A program made the translations under genes and the position numbers. From an uncultured Nitrospiraceae bacterium (lineage in GTDB: Bacteria > Nitrospirota > Nitrospiria > Nitrospirales > Nitrospiraceae), in contig CAVPLT010000001.1 in the NCBI GenBank assembly GCA_963706325.1, forward strand, positions 416,001 to 480,000: a DNA stretch of 64,000 nucleotides, written 5' to 3'. Below, piece after piece: positions 50,134 to 64,000 of the stretch. The notes beneath the pieces were generated by a model that did no database searches, was not told where the DNA came from, and saw only the letters and a list, made by a program, of their open reading frames with translations. The first letter of the stretch is position 1; every line of letters starts with the position of its first letter.

Positions 50134-53100
50134 TCATGCGGTCAGTTGCTCGATGCGGCGTAGCATCGTCTGGATGTAGCTGTCTTGGTCCTCCTCTTGG
50201 AACAGGATGTGCCGCTTATTCATCGCCTTCTTGTCCACCCCCCAGAGCATCTTCATGGTATGCGACGGCGTGTTTGAAATGATGAATGAGTCCAGCACCA
50301 CCTTCGGATCTCCGAGCCGCTGCTCGATCTTCTTAATTGTCCTCGTAAAACTGGATCTTCAGATCGTCCGCGCCGATGTTTCGGATGCCCTTCGGATCGA
50401 CGAAGATCACATGCTGACTATCACCCAACAGCAGCCACAGGATGAAGTCGGGGTGGAAGTTACCGGCCTCAAAGAAGCCGACGCCGCGCCCCTTGCTCAG
50501 ATTGCGAAGCAGGTAGAGCTCCCTGCTCTTGAAGAAGTCGACGTTGTCCATCATGGAATGCCTTGAGATCCTCGACGAACTGGCGCTCGCCCTTGTTGAG
50601 CGGGGCGGGGCTGATCTCGACAATGTTCGTGTCCAGATAGAGCAGTGGCTGATACAGGTGTCTGCCGAACCAGATGGCCTTCATGCCCTGGAACTCCCAA
50701 GGCTTGAGGTCACCCTTCTCGATCGCGGCCTTGAGCTCCTCGAGCTTGGCGACGATCTCTTCCTGCGATTTGTCGATCAGGATGCGGTAGTAGCCCTTGT
50801 CCGGTGATTCCTTCACGCACAGGAAGTTCGGATCGTCTCCCTCCAGATCGCGATACTCCAGGTGCGGCAGCTCCCACTCACGCTTGCGGAAGGTGTAGTA
50901 GCGCTCGGTGTACTTCTTGAGCAGCGACAAGGCGATCTCTTCCCACAGCCGCACCTTCTCGAATGAATCGAAGGCCAGCTCCTCGGCGGGAATCAGCAGC
51001 CGGTACCAGCTCTGATCGGCGAGCAGCGCCTCGATTCCCTGCCGCGTCAGGTTCAGGTTGTACCAGCCTCGCTCCGCCTTGAACCGCTCCAGCTCGAAGT
51101 AGAGGCGGTCGAGATCGAGGAAGGCCACATGCCGGGCGCGTCAGAGTGAGTCTCATTCGGCACGGCATCCGCGTCACCGCCCACCAGGCCGCCCGACTTC
51201 ATCGCCTGGATCTTCGGGTACCAGTTGAGTACGACCTGGTTCTTCTGCAGGTACTCCGTCGCTCCGATCGTCCGGCGGGGTCCGGCTTGGCCAGTGTCGG
51301 CACCGGCGCAAGCTTGCGAAACGCGTCGCCGAACTCGGTGCTCACGCCGTTGATCGTCTTCTTGAGGCGGATCGTCTTGAGCTTCTGCGTGCCGAGGTTC
51401 TTGATGACCGGCAGCAGGAACTCGATGCGGTCGTCGTTGGTGGGCAGCCCCTCCTCTTCGAGGAAGTCGCGGAACTGCGCCATGTAGTCGGCGTGGATGC
51501 CGAAGATGCCGAGCGTCTCCAGCACGCTGATGTGCTTGGGTCGCTCGACGCCTTCCGGCAGCTGGGCCTTGCCGCTGCGCTTGAGGCTCATGTCGTAGCC
51601 CTTGAGGCGCACGCCGCGACCGAAGAGCTGGATGATCTGCGCGCCTTCTCCCTTGCCGACGTTCATCAGGCCCATGGTGCGAGACGCGCCAACTGCTCCA
51701 GCCCTCGGTGAACTTCTTCGAGCCGATCAGCAGGTTCACCGTCGAGTGCGGCTGTATTGATCTCGTGGAAGAGCGATCCCGAGAACTCGCGATCGCCGGT
51801 GGCGAGGCCGTTCTCCTCGCACAGCTTCACCAGCTTGGCATCGTCGCCCACGTTGATGACGCCGAAGGCCTCGTTCTCGGCGCCCAGCCGCAGCGCCACT
51901 TCGCCGGTCGCGCCCTTCAGGTTCTCGACGTAGAGCTGGCCGCCGCCCGGCGCGTTGAAGAGCGTCGCGAGCGTCTCGTCGAAGACCTGCGCCGGCGAGA
52001 GGCCACACGTGTTGAGATACGTGAAGCGCCCGGCAAACAGGTTCTTGCCCGTCGCGGTGACGAGCCCCTGGTTCAGCACGCGCTCGATGCGCTGGATGCT
52101 GCCCGTCCGGTCTGCCACGTAGCGGGCCAGGAACTGCAGGATCTCGACGATGTCCGAAGCATCCCGCGTCGCCAGCGTCGCTGTCACACTGCCGCCGACG
52201 AAGATCCACAAGCGGCTTCTCGATGTTGAATGGCCGGAACGACGCCTCCTGTTCGCGGTACAGCCGCTGCTGCTGAAAGAACGACAGCAGGCAGGCCACC
52301 AGATACAGCTCCAGGTGGTTCTGCTGCGTTCCCTCGTCGAGGTTCAGGATCTGGTAGTCCTTGCCGAAGCCGTCGCCGTAGAAGTAGCGGTAGGAGTAGT
52401 CGAAGAGCGTGCTCTTGGCGTAGAGCTCGGTGAGCTTGGGCTTGCCCTTGACCGCCTGTCCGAACGTGGCCGAGTACTCGAACGAGAAGCCCTTCTCGCA
52501 GAGCGCGTTGCGGAAGCGCATCCACGCGCCTTCTTCGCCGCCGCTGGCGCCACGATGGCCCTCGTCCACCAGCACCAGGTTGTTGCCCTCGAAGGCGTCG
52601 ATGGCGATCGTCTTGTCGCCCATGTCCTCGCGCAGCCTGGTGACTTCGAGGATCTCGACCGCGCGCCCGGCGAAGAGTCCGCGCCCGTCCTTGTTGAACA
52701 GCTCCGCGTCGATGCCTGCCGTCTCGAACTCGCGCAGGTGCTGCTGCGACAGCCCCTCGTTGGGCGTGAGCAGGAGGATGCGGTTCAGCTCGCGGCCGCC
52801 GGCCATGCTTCTCCAAGCTAGTGCTGATACTGGAGGATGTTGGCGTGCATCAGCAGCGTCTTGCCGCTGCCGGTGGCGCTCCAGTAGGCCAGCTTGTTGA
52901 GCTGCGGCCAGGCTTCGGCGGCCTCGTCGAAGGGCGCAATCTGGTCTGCCTCAGGCTTGTCCGCATTGTAGGCGGCCACCTGCGCGTTCAGCACCGCGAG
53001 CAGCGCCTTGGGATCGCGGAAGTAGCGGTCGAGGTAGATCTCGGTGAACAGCAGCGTCAGGTACTGGAAGTACTTCCAGACGATCGGCTCCTCGCCGCGC

Positions 53101-53442
53101 GTAATGCGTTGCTCGTTCAGTCGCTGCGTGTGCCGTGACGATGTTCTGGTCGTATTCCAGCAGCAGATCGGTGGGCAGGTGCGTCAGGTTGAAGAGTTGC
53201 GCTGTGAGCGCGTGATGGAAGTGATGAATGTTGTTCTCGTCCAGACCTTCGAGTGCCTCGTTCCGCAGGTGCTCGGCCAGCTCCTCGAAGCGCTTCACGT
53301 TGAACAGCGAGAGCAGCCACTGGTTGAGCACCAGCTTGTAGGCGAACGGTATCTGTGGCCGGTTGTTGGCGCGACCGCGCGGCGCGGTGGGTGCGGCGGC
53401 GGTCGCTCCAGTGGCGTTCCTGCGTGGACGTCCGCGCGGCAT
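50134..53442 (-). pseudogene. res: Type III restriction enzyme Res subunit with about 9-10 frameshifts
   Basis: [29 protein letters not shown] and FHPDF...VDPKG motifs distributed across successive frames. Confidence 0.88.
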
Positions 53443-54596
53443 CAGCGTCTCTCCTCGTCGGCCTGGCGCGCATCGATCAGCCGCCGTTCGCGTTCGATCT
53501 CGCGCGTGAGCTCCCGTTCAGTCGGCAAGACTTTGACATACTTGGCGGCGAAGATCTGGCTCCCCTCGTTCAGCACCGAGTACTTCGCGATGGCCTCGTT
53601 CTTCTTCGAGCACAGGATCAAGCCAATGGTCGGGTTGTCACCCTTGGGCCGCGCATGGGCGTCGAACATGCGCACGTAGGAATCCATTTGGCCGATGTCC
53701 TGGTGGGTGAGCTTGCCGACCTTGAGGTCGATCAGCACGAAGCATCGGAGCAGGTAGTTGTAGAACACCAGATCGACGTAAAAGTCCTCGTCCTCAAATC
53801 GCATCCGTCTCTGCCTCGCCACGAACGAGAAGCCCTTGCCCAACTCCAGCAGGAAGGCTTGCAGATTGTCGATAATGGCCTGTTCCACCGTCGATTCGCG
53901 CAGCGCCGGATAGTCCTTCAGGTCAAGGAACTCGAGCACGTACGGGTCGCGGATGAACTGTTCCGGCGTAACGGCAGCGAGCTTCTCCCGGGCTTCCTTG
54001 CGGACCGGCACTTTCCTGCGACTGGCCAGCAGCCGCTCGTAATAGAGCACCGCGATCTGGCGCTCGAGCTGGCGGGTGGACCAGTGTTGGTCTGCGGCTT
54101 TGTTCATGTACCACTCCCGGGCCGCCGGGTTCTCCACCTGCATCAGCAGCCGATAGTGGCTCCAGCTCAATTCATCACAGGCCCTGTGGCGAATGGGCTC
54201 GACGCCGGAAGCGAGACGCGCCGCGTCTCGTTTCCTCTGGCCTGATTCGAGACCCACTGCGTCTCGAATCTCGAACATCCGGTAGAACTGCCGCATCTTG
54301 CGCAGGTTGGTAATATCGAACCCGCGGCCGAACTCCGCCATGAGCCGCCGCGAGAGGTTGTCCAGCACTGCCTCACCGTACGCGGCGCGTTTCGCCCCGC
54401 CTTGCTCGTCCTCCACGATGAGGCGTCCGATGTGCCAATAGGCCTGCACCATCGCCGCATTGACGGCGCGGTAGACCCCGGCGCGAGCCGATTCGAGGAC
54501 AGCCCGGATCTCCCGATACAGCGGGTCGGCGGAGCGAGAGACGGCAGGACGGGGAGAACGGGAGACGGGGTGACGGGGAGACTTGAAGCGAGCCAT
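53442..54596 (-). CDS. YhcG/DUF1016 PD-(D/E)XK nuclease-like protein
   Basis: [38 protein letters not shown] and PTIGLILC motifs. Confidence 0.93.
   Translation of the reverse strand: MARFKSPRHPVSRSPRPAVSRSADPLYREIRAVLESARAGVYRAVNAAMVQAYWHIGRLIVEDEQGGAKRAAYGEAVLDNLSRRLMAEFGRGFDITNLRKMRQFYRMFEIRDAVGLESGQRKRDAARLASGVEPIRHRACDELSWSHYRLLMQVENPAAREWYMNKAADQHWSTRQLERQIAVLYYERLLASRRKVPVRKEAREKLAAVTPEQFIRDPYVLEFLDLKDYPALRESTVEQAIIDNLQAFLLELGKGFSFVARQRRMRFEDEDFYVDLVFYNYLLRCFVLIDLKVGKLTHQDIGQMDSYVRMFDAHARPKGDNPTIGLILCSKKNEAIAKYSVLNEGSQIFAAKYVKVLPTERELTREIERERRLIDARQADEERR
54533..54582. repeat. Tandem ~8-mer array (GGGGAGAC-type), one arm of an inverted pair
   Basis: GCGAGAGAC GGCAGGAC GGGGAGAAC GGGAGAC GGGGTGAC GGGGAGAC. 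Confidence 0.8.
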
Positions 54597-55025
54597 TAAT
54601 CCTTGCTTCCCTTTGTTTCCACTGTCCAGCGATCGGCTTGATTGATCACGGTCACCAGTTGGGAAAGGATGTGTTCGTACTGGGTATCCAGCTCCTTTGC
54701 CCGATCCGATTCCATGTAACCACAGCGCAGCGCGAACTCGATCCAAGTCTGAGTTTCACACGCTTCGCTTTCGGCATCACTCAGCTTCGCGATGAAGGCA
54801 GCCTCGTAACGACGCTTTCTCCACGCCTCGGCGATGTTGGCCGCGACGGAACGCGAGACCGTCGGATCTGGTCGGTCATGCTATACCGCTCTTCCATTGG
54901 AAAGCGCTTGGTCACTTCAAAGACTGCCATCCCGGCATCCATCGCGTTCTGCCAAACCCGCAAATCGTGATAGCCCTTGATCTGCCCTCTCTCCCCGTCG
55001 CCCCGTCCCCCTGTCGCCCCGTCTT

Positions 55026-55029
<4 letters not shown>
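54596..55029 (-). CDS. Four-helix-bundle protein (23S rRNA IVP / TIGR02436 family) with a 1-nt deletion near 54858
   Basis: [22 protein letters not shown], then in the next frame [11 protein letters not shown]...[13 protein letters not shown]. Confidence 0.9.
54984..55023. repeat. Tandem 8-mer array (NCCCCGTC-type), complementary arm
   Basis: GCCCTCTC TCCCCGTC GCCCCGTC CCCCTGTC GCCCCGTC. Confidence 0.8.
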
Positions 55030-58453
<3,424 letters not shown>

Positions 58454-58490
58454 CGGCTTTCCCATTGTTGGCCGCGTCGTGCCGGCTGGT

Positions 58491-59738
58491 TCATATCGTC
58501 TCCCACAGGGCGCGGATGGGGACGGCATACAGTCCATCGCCAAATCCCGCGCTCGTCTCTCCGTCGTACAGCACAATGCCTGCGGCGAATCGCTTGCCTG
58601 CGGCATCCTTCAGCTTGCGCATGCCGCGAAAGTCCGCCGCGGTCACCGTGGCCGATGCTTTCACCTCCACTCCGGCCACTTGGCCGGCGCCGCGTTCCAG
58701 AACGAGGTCTACTTCGGCGCCGTCCTTGTCGCGATAGTGGTAGAACCGGATCTCCTCCTTGTGCCAGCTTGCCTGTCGGCGAAGCTCCTGGAACACGAAG
58801 GTCTCCAGCAGCTGGCCAAGCGTGCCACGGTCCTGTATGAGTGCGGAAGCGTCGAGACCCAGCAACGCACAGGCGAGTCCGGTGTCGCCCACATGCAGCT
58901 TCGGCGTTTTGATCAGGCGACTCAAACGGTTGCTGTGCCATGGCCGGAGCTCTTCCAGAAGAAATACCCTCTCGAGGAGTGTCACGTAATCGCGGATGGT
59001 CGGGCGGCTCAGGTGGAAGGGGCTCGCCAGATCGCTGATGTTGATCAGCCGGGCTGTCTGGCCGGCAGCAAGCGCCAACAATCGAGGGAGTGCGTCAAGT
59101 GAGGCGATGCGCGCCAGGTCACGGACATCTCGCTGGACGAGCGTCTCGATGTAGTCGCGATACCAGGCGGCCCGGCGGTGAGGAATGGATCTGGCGAGCG
59201 CCGCCGGATAGCCGCCGGCGGCGATGCGTTCGGCCAATGTCTTGCCCAGACGTTCAGCCTTGCCGGCCTTGAAGGCCCCGGCGAACAGTGTATCGAGAAA
59301 GCGCGGGAGGCGCTCGGTCAACTCACACTGCGCCAGCGGGTGCAGCCGCAGGAGGCCCATGCGCCCGGCCAGCGAGTCGGCAAGGGCCGGCAACAGCAGC
59401 ACATTGGCCGAGCCTGTGAGCAAGAAGCGGCCGGCGACACGCCGCCGGTCCACCGCCGACTTGAGCGTACTGAAAATGCCAGGGGCCCGCTGTACCTCAT
59501 CGAGAATCACCCGTTCCGGGAGATCGGCGACAAACCCTACCGGGTCGGCCATCGCCGCCGCGAGTGTCACGGCGTCATCGAAGCTGAAGTAAGCACGATC
59601 CCGCTCACGGCCGGCGGCCTGCGCCAGCGTGGTCTTGCCGCACTGGCGCGGGCCGTGGATCAAGACTACGGGCGTATCGGCCAACGCCTCGACCAGGCTA
59701 GGCTCGGCAAAACGGGGGTAGATGCGGTCAGCGGGCAT
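58491..59738 (-). CDS. AAA+ ATPase (AAA_14) with DUF4143 domain
   Basis: GPRQCGKTT, ILDEVQ, DSLAGR, KTPKLH and YRDKDGAEVDLVLE...VEVK motifs. Confidence 0.93.
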   Translation of the reverse strand: MPADRIYPRFAEPSLVEALADTPVVLIHGPRQCGKTTLAQAAGRERDRAYFSFDDAVTLAAAMADPVGFVADLPERVILDEVQRAPGIFSTLKSAVDRRRVAGRFLLTGSANVLLLPALADSLAGRMGLLRLHPLAQCELTERLPRFLDTLFAGAFKAGKAERLGKTLAERIAAGGYPAALARSIPHRRAAWYRDYIETLVQRDVRDLARIASLDALPRLLALAAGQTARLINISDLASPFHLSRPTIRDYVTLLERVFLLEELRPWHSNRLSRLIKTPKLHVGDTGLACALLGLDASALIQDRGTLGQLLETFVFQELRRQASWHKEEIRFYHYRDKDGAEVDLVLERGAGQVAGVEVKASATVTAADFRGMRKLKDAAGKRFAAGIVLYDGETSAGFGDGLYAVPIRALWETI

Positions 59739-59747
59739 ACCAGCCAG

Positions 59748-59822
59748 TTGTAATCTTGCATGGCGGCTGATTGCAATAATATAGCTCGTCCGATTGCAAG
59801 GTTATATCACGGCCCATTGCAA
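59748..59822. promoter_or_regulatory. 23-bp-period TTGCAA array upstream of the AAA-DUF4143 gene
   Basis: TTGTAA/TTGCAA at 59748, 59771, 59794 and 59817. Confidence 0.7.
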
Positions 59823-59834
59823 CCTGGTGGGTCA

Positions 59835-62729
59835 TTACGTCACGGCCCAGCGAATGGTAAAGAGCGCCTGAGTTGCAGTGTGCTGGGCAAGCCGCCGTTC
59901 CAACGATTCGATCAGGGAGTCGCGTTTCTCCATGATCTCGTCCTCGGCCTTGAAAATGTCCTGCCGCTGGCGGCGCTGCTGCTTTTCGAGTTTTTGTGAT
60001 TGCTTCTGAATCTCGTGCTGTTCTTCGAGCGTGACCGCCTGGCGCGCTTGCCGCCGTAACGCCTTGATCTGCTCTTTGGTATCCGCGAGGGCTTTCTCGG
60101 CCGACAGCACCATGTCATCGGCCCACTTCTCCAGTTTCTCGCGCGCCTGGTTGAAGTGGACGCTGTTCTGTTCGAGCGAGCGGCTCACGGTGGCCTTGGC
60201 GTGCCGCTCCGCCTCGGCGTTCAGGCGTTGCTGCTCGGCGGCTGGGATCGCCGCATCGCCATTCACGCGGCCTGAACAGCCGAAGAGCTTCTCCATCGTC
60301 TCCTGGTCGAGCGAGGCGCCGGACTCGTCGAACCCGGAGAAGAGCAGGTATTCCTCGCGCTCGTAGGACTCAACCAGGAGGTGTGTGAGCGTGAGGAAAC
60401 CGCGCTTACCGCGGAGTGCTTCGACCGCATGGATGTGGGTTGGATGACGCGATACGTCGAGGACGATCTGCGCCGCGGGAGTCGCGAGAGCCTTTGCGCT
60501 CTCCACGACATGCTCGCCCAGCGGGTGCGAGAGGCGGTAGAGGAACTGGCTGCGCTCCTCGCCGCCAACCTCATCACCGCCTGAAGTCGACTTAGGGTGC
60601 AACTTCGAGATCAAGTGGTAACGGCCGGTCGCGATCTCTGTGCGAGGCGGACGTTCGAGGTCGAAGGCCAGCGCGTCGTCGTCGAAGCGGGCGCGATCGT
60701 CCAGCATGAAGCGGGTCAGCAACCAGAAGCGCCGGCCGAAGCGATCGAGCTGAGCCTTCGCGTCGTCGAGCCGCAGTCGCAGGCGTTGATGCACGTCCTC
60801 GTCGAAGTGCTCGAACAGCGACCGACGAGTGTCATCCATGCGCGTGCGGATCTGCTCGTCCATTTCCGCCTGCAGGGTGCGGAAGGCGGCGTCGATTTCC
60901 TCAGGCGTGCGGCACTCCTGGTAGATGGCGAGGATGCGTTGCTCGAAGTCCACGCCGGACTCGATGGTCCCAAGCACCTCATCGGAGGCGCCGAAGACGC
61001 CGTTGAAGAGGCTGAACTTCTCGCTCAGCAGCTCGAGCACACGGCGGTCGGCCTTGTTGCGTTCGTTCAGGAAATTGATCACCACCACGTCGTGCCGTTG
61101 CCCATAGCGGTGGCAGCGGCCGATGCGTTGTTCGATGCGCTGCGGGTTCCAGGGTAGGTCATAATTGATGACCAGCGAGCAGAACTGCAAGTTGATACCC
61201 TCTGCTGCTGCCTCCGTGGCCAGCATGATCGAGGCCGTATCGCGGAAGTGTTCAATGAGCGCGGTGCGTAGATCCACTGCCCGCGAGCCGGATGCGCGCC
61301 CCGTATCCTTGTGCTTCTCGGCCCATCGCTCGTAGATCGTCGTCGCCTCCGGCCCACCATTCGTTCCGTTGAAGAGCACCACCTGCCCCTGATAGCCGTG
61401 GGATTCGAGAAACCCCTTCAGGTACTCCTGAGTGCGTCGTGATTCTGTGAAGATGAGCGCCTTGCTCGCCGCGCCGGTCGCAGCGATCTGTTTGAAGCCG
61501 ATGTCTAGGGCGATGAGCAGGCTTTTTGTCTTTGTGTCGGTACCGATACTTCGCGCCCAGGCGGCGAGCCGTTGCAGCATGTCGATCTCTTCACGCAGCT
61601 TCTGCCGATCGATGGTGCGCGGCGCGCTTACGGCCTGGGTTTCGTCAGGCTCCGCGAGGATCTCGTCGAGCAGGTCGTCCTCGATTTCCTCGGCTTCGAT
61701 GAGCCCCTCGGTGAACTCCGGGTCGTCCTGTACCTTCTCGTCACGCAACGTTTCGAGGCGTGTGCGCAGCTTGTCCAGCGTGGCCGCGATGGCCTGCGAC
61801 GACGACGCCAATAGTTTGCGCAGGATGAGCGCGGTCAGATGACGCTGGCGCTGGGGGAGCGCATAACTGTCTTCGCGTTGCAGGAACCCGGACACCGCCT
61901 CGTAGAGCGCGTGCTCATCGTCGCTTGGCGTGAACGGCTGCGTGATCGGCCGCCGCTCGGTGTAGCGGATATACTCAGTGACCTGATTGCGCAGCGTGCG
62001 TTTGCAGAAGTCTGAGAGACGCTGACGCAGCTCGCCGATGCTGGTGCCGGCGCTGGCGTATTGGCTGCGGAAGGAGTTGAGATCCCCGAACAGGTGCTCG
62101 TCGATCAGGGTCGAGAGGCCGTACAGTTCGAGCAGTGAGTTCTGCAGCGGCGTGGCTGTGAGCAAGAGCTTGCGGCAGTCTTCCGTCCCCCATCGGATGC
62201 CTTGACCGACCTTGTTACTCGGCCGGTACGCGTTGCGCAGCTTGTGGGCCTCATCGATCACGACGAGATTCCAAGCGATGTTTTTCAGTTCCTCGCGCAT
62301 CGCGTTCGCATAGTTCAAGGACATGATGATCACGGCCTTCTCGTTCAAAGGCGCGCGCCCACTCCGCTGCGCCTCGCGGTAGGCCTTGGCGTCGAGCACC
62401 CGTGTGGGCAGGTTGAACTTCTCCTGCAGCTCCATCGCCCACTGCTTGCGCAGCGATGCCGGGCAGATCACCAGCAACCGGCGCTTGCGTTCCGCCCAGA
62501 ACTGGCAGAGCACGATGCCCGCTTCGATTGTCTTACCAAGGCCGACTTCGTCGGCCAGTATTACGCCATTGGAGAGCGGTGACTGCAGAGCGAAAAGCGC
62601 AGCTTCAATCTGGTGCGGGTTGAGATCGACCGCCGCGTCGAATAAGGACATCGACAGCCGATCCATGCCGCTCACAGCCCGGCGGGTCAAATCATGAGCA
62701 AAGTATTTGGCATGGTAAGGGGTGAGCAT
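59835..62729 (-). CDS. SNF2-family helicase (RapA/DrmD-like) with coiled-coil C-terminus
   Basis: ADEVGLGKT, IDEAHK, LTATPLQN, EGINLQ and DLPWNPQRIEQRIGRCHRYGQ motifs. Confidence 0.93.
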   Translation of the reverse strand: MLTPYHAKYFAHDLTRRAVSGMDRLSMSLFDAAVDLNPHQIEAALFALQSPLSNGVILADEVGLGKTIEAGIVLCQFWAERKRRLLVICPASLRKQWAMELQEKFNLPTRVLDAKAYREAQRSGRAPLNEKAVIIMSLNYANAMREELKNIAWNLVVIDEAHKLRNAYRPSNKVGQGIRWGTEDCRKLLLTATPLQNSLLELYGLSTLIDEHLFGDLNSFRSQYASAGTSIGELRQRLSDFCKRTLRNQVTEYIRYTERRPITQPFTPSDDEHALYEAVSGFLQREDSYALPQRQRHLTALILRKLLASSSQAIAATLDKLRTRLETLRDEKVQDDPEFTEGLIEAEEIEDDLLDEILAEPDETQAVSAPRTIDRQKLREEIDMLQRLAAWARSIGTDTKTKSLLIALDIGFKQIAATGAASKALIFTESRRTQEYLKGFLESHGYQGQVVLFNGTNGGPEATTIYERWAEKHKDTGRASGSRAVDLRTALIEHFRDTASIMLATEAAAEGINLQFCSLVINYDLPWNPQRIEQRIGRCHRYGQRHDVVVINFLNERNKADRRVLELLSEKFSLFNGVFGASDEVLGTIESGVDFEQRILAIYQECRTPEEIDAAFRTLQAEMDEQIRTRMDDTRRSLFEHFDEDVHQRLRLRLDDAKAQLDRFGRRFWLLTRFMLDDRARFDDDALAFDLERPPRTEIATGRYHLISKLHPKSTSGGDEVGGEERSQFLYRLSHPLGEHVVESAKALATPAAQIVLDVSRHPTHIHAVEALRGKRGFLTLTHLLVESYEREEYLLFSGFDESGASLDQETMEKLFGCSGRVNGDAAIPAAEQQRLNAEAERHAKATVSRSLEQNSVHFNQAREKLEKWADDMVLSAEKALADTKEQIKALRRQARQAVTLEEQHEIQKQSQKLEKQQRRQRQDIFKAEDEIMEKRDSLIESLERRLAQHTATQALFTIRWAVT

Positions 62730-62920
62730 TTGACGCCGCAGAATACCCGTTTGCCCTTTGGAAATCACCCCAAGAAGAAGGAGGGGAAGTCTGAAAACCA
62801 GACTGCTCTAGTTGATTAGCAATGAGCTCAATCGAAATCAGCTCTGAATTACTTACTTTGAAGGGTGATCACGGCAGGTGGCGTGGGCGAGCGAGAGTCC
62901 AACGATTTTCAGCAATTTGA

Positions 62921-64000
62921 CTAGACGAGTTGCTCGATGCGGTGACTGGCCTGCTCAAGATCCTCGTGGGTCTTTGCAAAACAGAACCGCATGAAGCGAT
63001 TCCCCTCTGGACCCGCAAAGAAGGCTTCGCCCGGTACGCCCGCGACACCGGTTTTGTCCAGGAGATACATCGCACGGTCACGACCCGTGTGGCCCGGCAG
63101 CCGGGACACATCTGCCAACACATAGTAGGCGCCTTGCGGAATGGACGGAGGCAGTCCTGCCTTGGACAACGCCCGACAGAACCGATCTCGTTTCTGTTGA
63201 TACTCTGTCGCAAGTCCGGCATAAAATGACTTCGGCAGCGCTTGAATCCCCGCAGCGACACCATGCTGGAGCGGAGTAGGAGCGCACACATACAGCACAT
63301 CGCTCATGGCGCCAATGGCCTTGGCCCAGGTGGCCTCTGCCACACTATATCCAATGCGCCATCCCGTAATGCTGAAGGTTTTGGAGTAACCTCCGATGGT
63401 AATGGTCCGCTGAGCCATGTTCGGAAGCGAGGCCATGCTGATATGCTCGCGCCCATCAAACACAAAATATTCGTAGATCTCATCGGTGAGCACCATCAGG
63501 TCGCGGCGACAGACGATTTCCGCAATCTGCTCCATTTCGCTTCGTGAAAAGATCTTCCCCGAGGGATTGCCGGGCGTATTCACAACAATTGCTTTCGTCC
63601 GCGCTGTAATCGCCTGCTCCAATTCCTGCGCATTCCAACTCCATTCAGGTGCTCGCATCGACACGTAGCGCGGGATCGCCTCAACCGCGAGAATGGCTTG
63701 GATGTGATAGGCGTAGAACGGCTCAAAAAGAATGATTTCGTCCCCGGGATTGAGCAGGGCCATGCAGGTGGCCTGGAAGGAGCCCGTCGCTCCGGCGCTC
63801 ACGGTCACATTCGTTTCCGGGTCCGCCGTGATTCGATTGTAGGCCGCCAACTTGAGAGCGATCGCTTGCCGCAATTCCGGGATGCCGTCATATCGGGAGT
63901 AAATATTACGCCCCTGTTCCATGGCGTCTTTGGCAGCCTGCACCACGACCTCCGGAACGGGAGTATCACAGACGCCCTGCGACATATTGATTCCATTGAC
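62921..64000 (-). CDS. PLP-dependent aminotransferase class I/II (5' end beyond the window)
   Basis: NTPGNPSG, DEIYE and SKTFSITGWRIG motifs; ORF open to the window edge. Confidence 0.93.
   Translation of the reverse strand, partial: VNGINMSQGVCDTPVPEVVVQAAKDAMEQGRNIYSRYDGIPELRQAIALKLAAYNRITADPETNVTVSAGATGSFQATCMALLNPGDEIILFEPFYAYHIQAILAVEAIPRYVSMRAPEWSWNAQELEQAITARTKAIVVNTPGNPSGKIFSRSEMEQIAEIVCRRDLMVLTDEIYEYFVFDGREHISMASLPNMAQRTITIGGYSKTFSITGWRIGYSVAEATWAKAIGAMSDVLYVCAPTPLQHGVAAGIQALPKSFYAGLATEYQQKRDRFCRALSKAGLPPSIPQGAYYVLADVSRLPGHTGRDRAMYLLDKTGVAGVPGEAFFAGPEGNRFMRFCFAKTHEDLEQASHRIEQLV

Noticed and set aside
53355..54245. Long antisense ORFs (here and at 58004-58840, 43942-44838, 15922-16917)
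   Set aside because: Shadow ORFs opposite well-supported high-GC genes
59748..59822. Mini CRISPR array
   Set aside because: The period is only 23 bp with a 6-7 bp core, too short for repeat plus spacer

Overview
Bacterial chromosome segment, most likely Nitrospira (an inference from gene content, a Nitrospira-type palindromic repeat and a small CxxC-CxxC protein; not database-verified). About 1-50 kb is mostly core and accessory housekeeping: hemL, exported hydrolases, NfeD/SPFH, gmhA-(DHS-like)-sprT-dinB-rfaE2-mfd-PPIases, engB, mtgA, iaaA, dtd, ogt, murJ, lemA-TPM, xth, mscS, leuCD, corA and cysQ. This part also holds an orphan CARF-HEPN gene (TIGR02710-like) with degenerate motifs and no CRISPR nearby, in an apparent operon with a thioesterase and an unannotated 37-aa membrane peptide. 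About 50.1-62.9 kb is a minus-strand defence island: SNF2 helicase, AAA-DUF4143, type III Mod, four-helix-bundle protein, YhcG/DUF1016 and type III Res. The island is bracketed by an exact 15-bp direct repeat lying in the 3' ends of res and of a chromosomal aminotransferase. Inside it, inverted arrays of 8-mer repeats enclose the four-helix-bundle gene, a 7-mer-repeat hairpin sits in-frame in mod, and a 23-bp-period TTGCAA array precedes the AAA gene. Many 1-2 nt frameshifts (res, mod, four-helix gene, sprT, corA) may be sequencing errors. I saw no rRNA, tRNA, CRISPR array, integrase or transposase.
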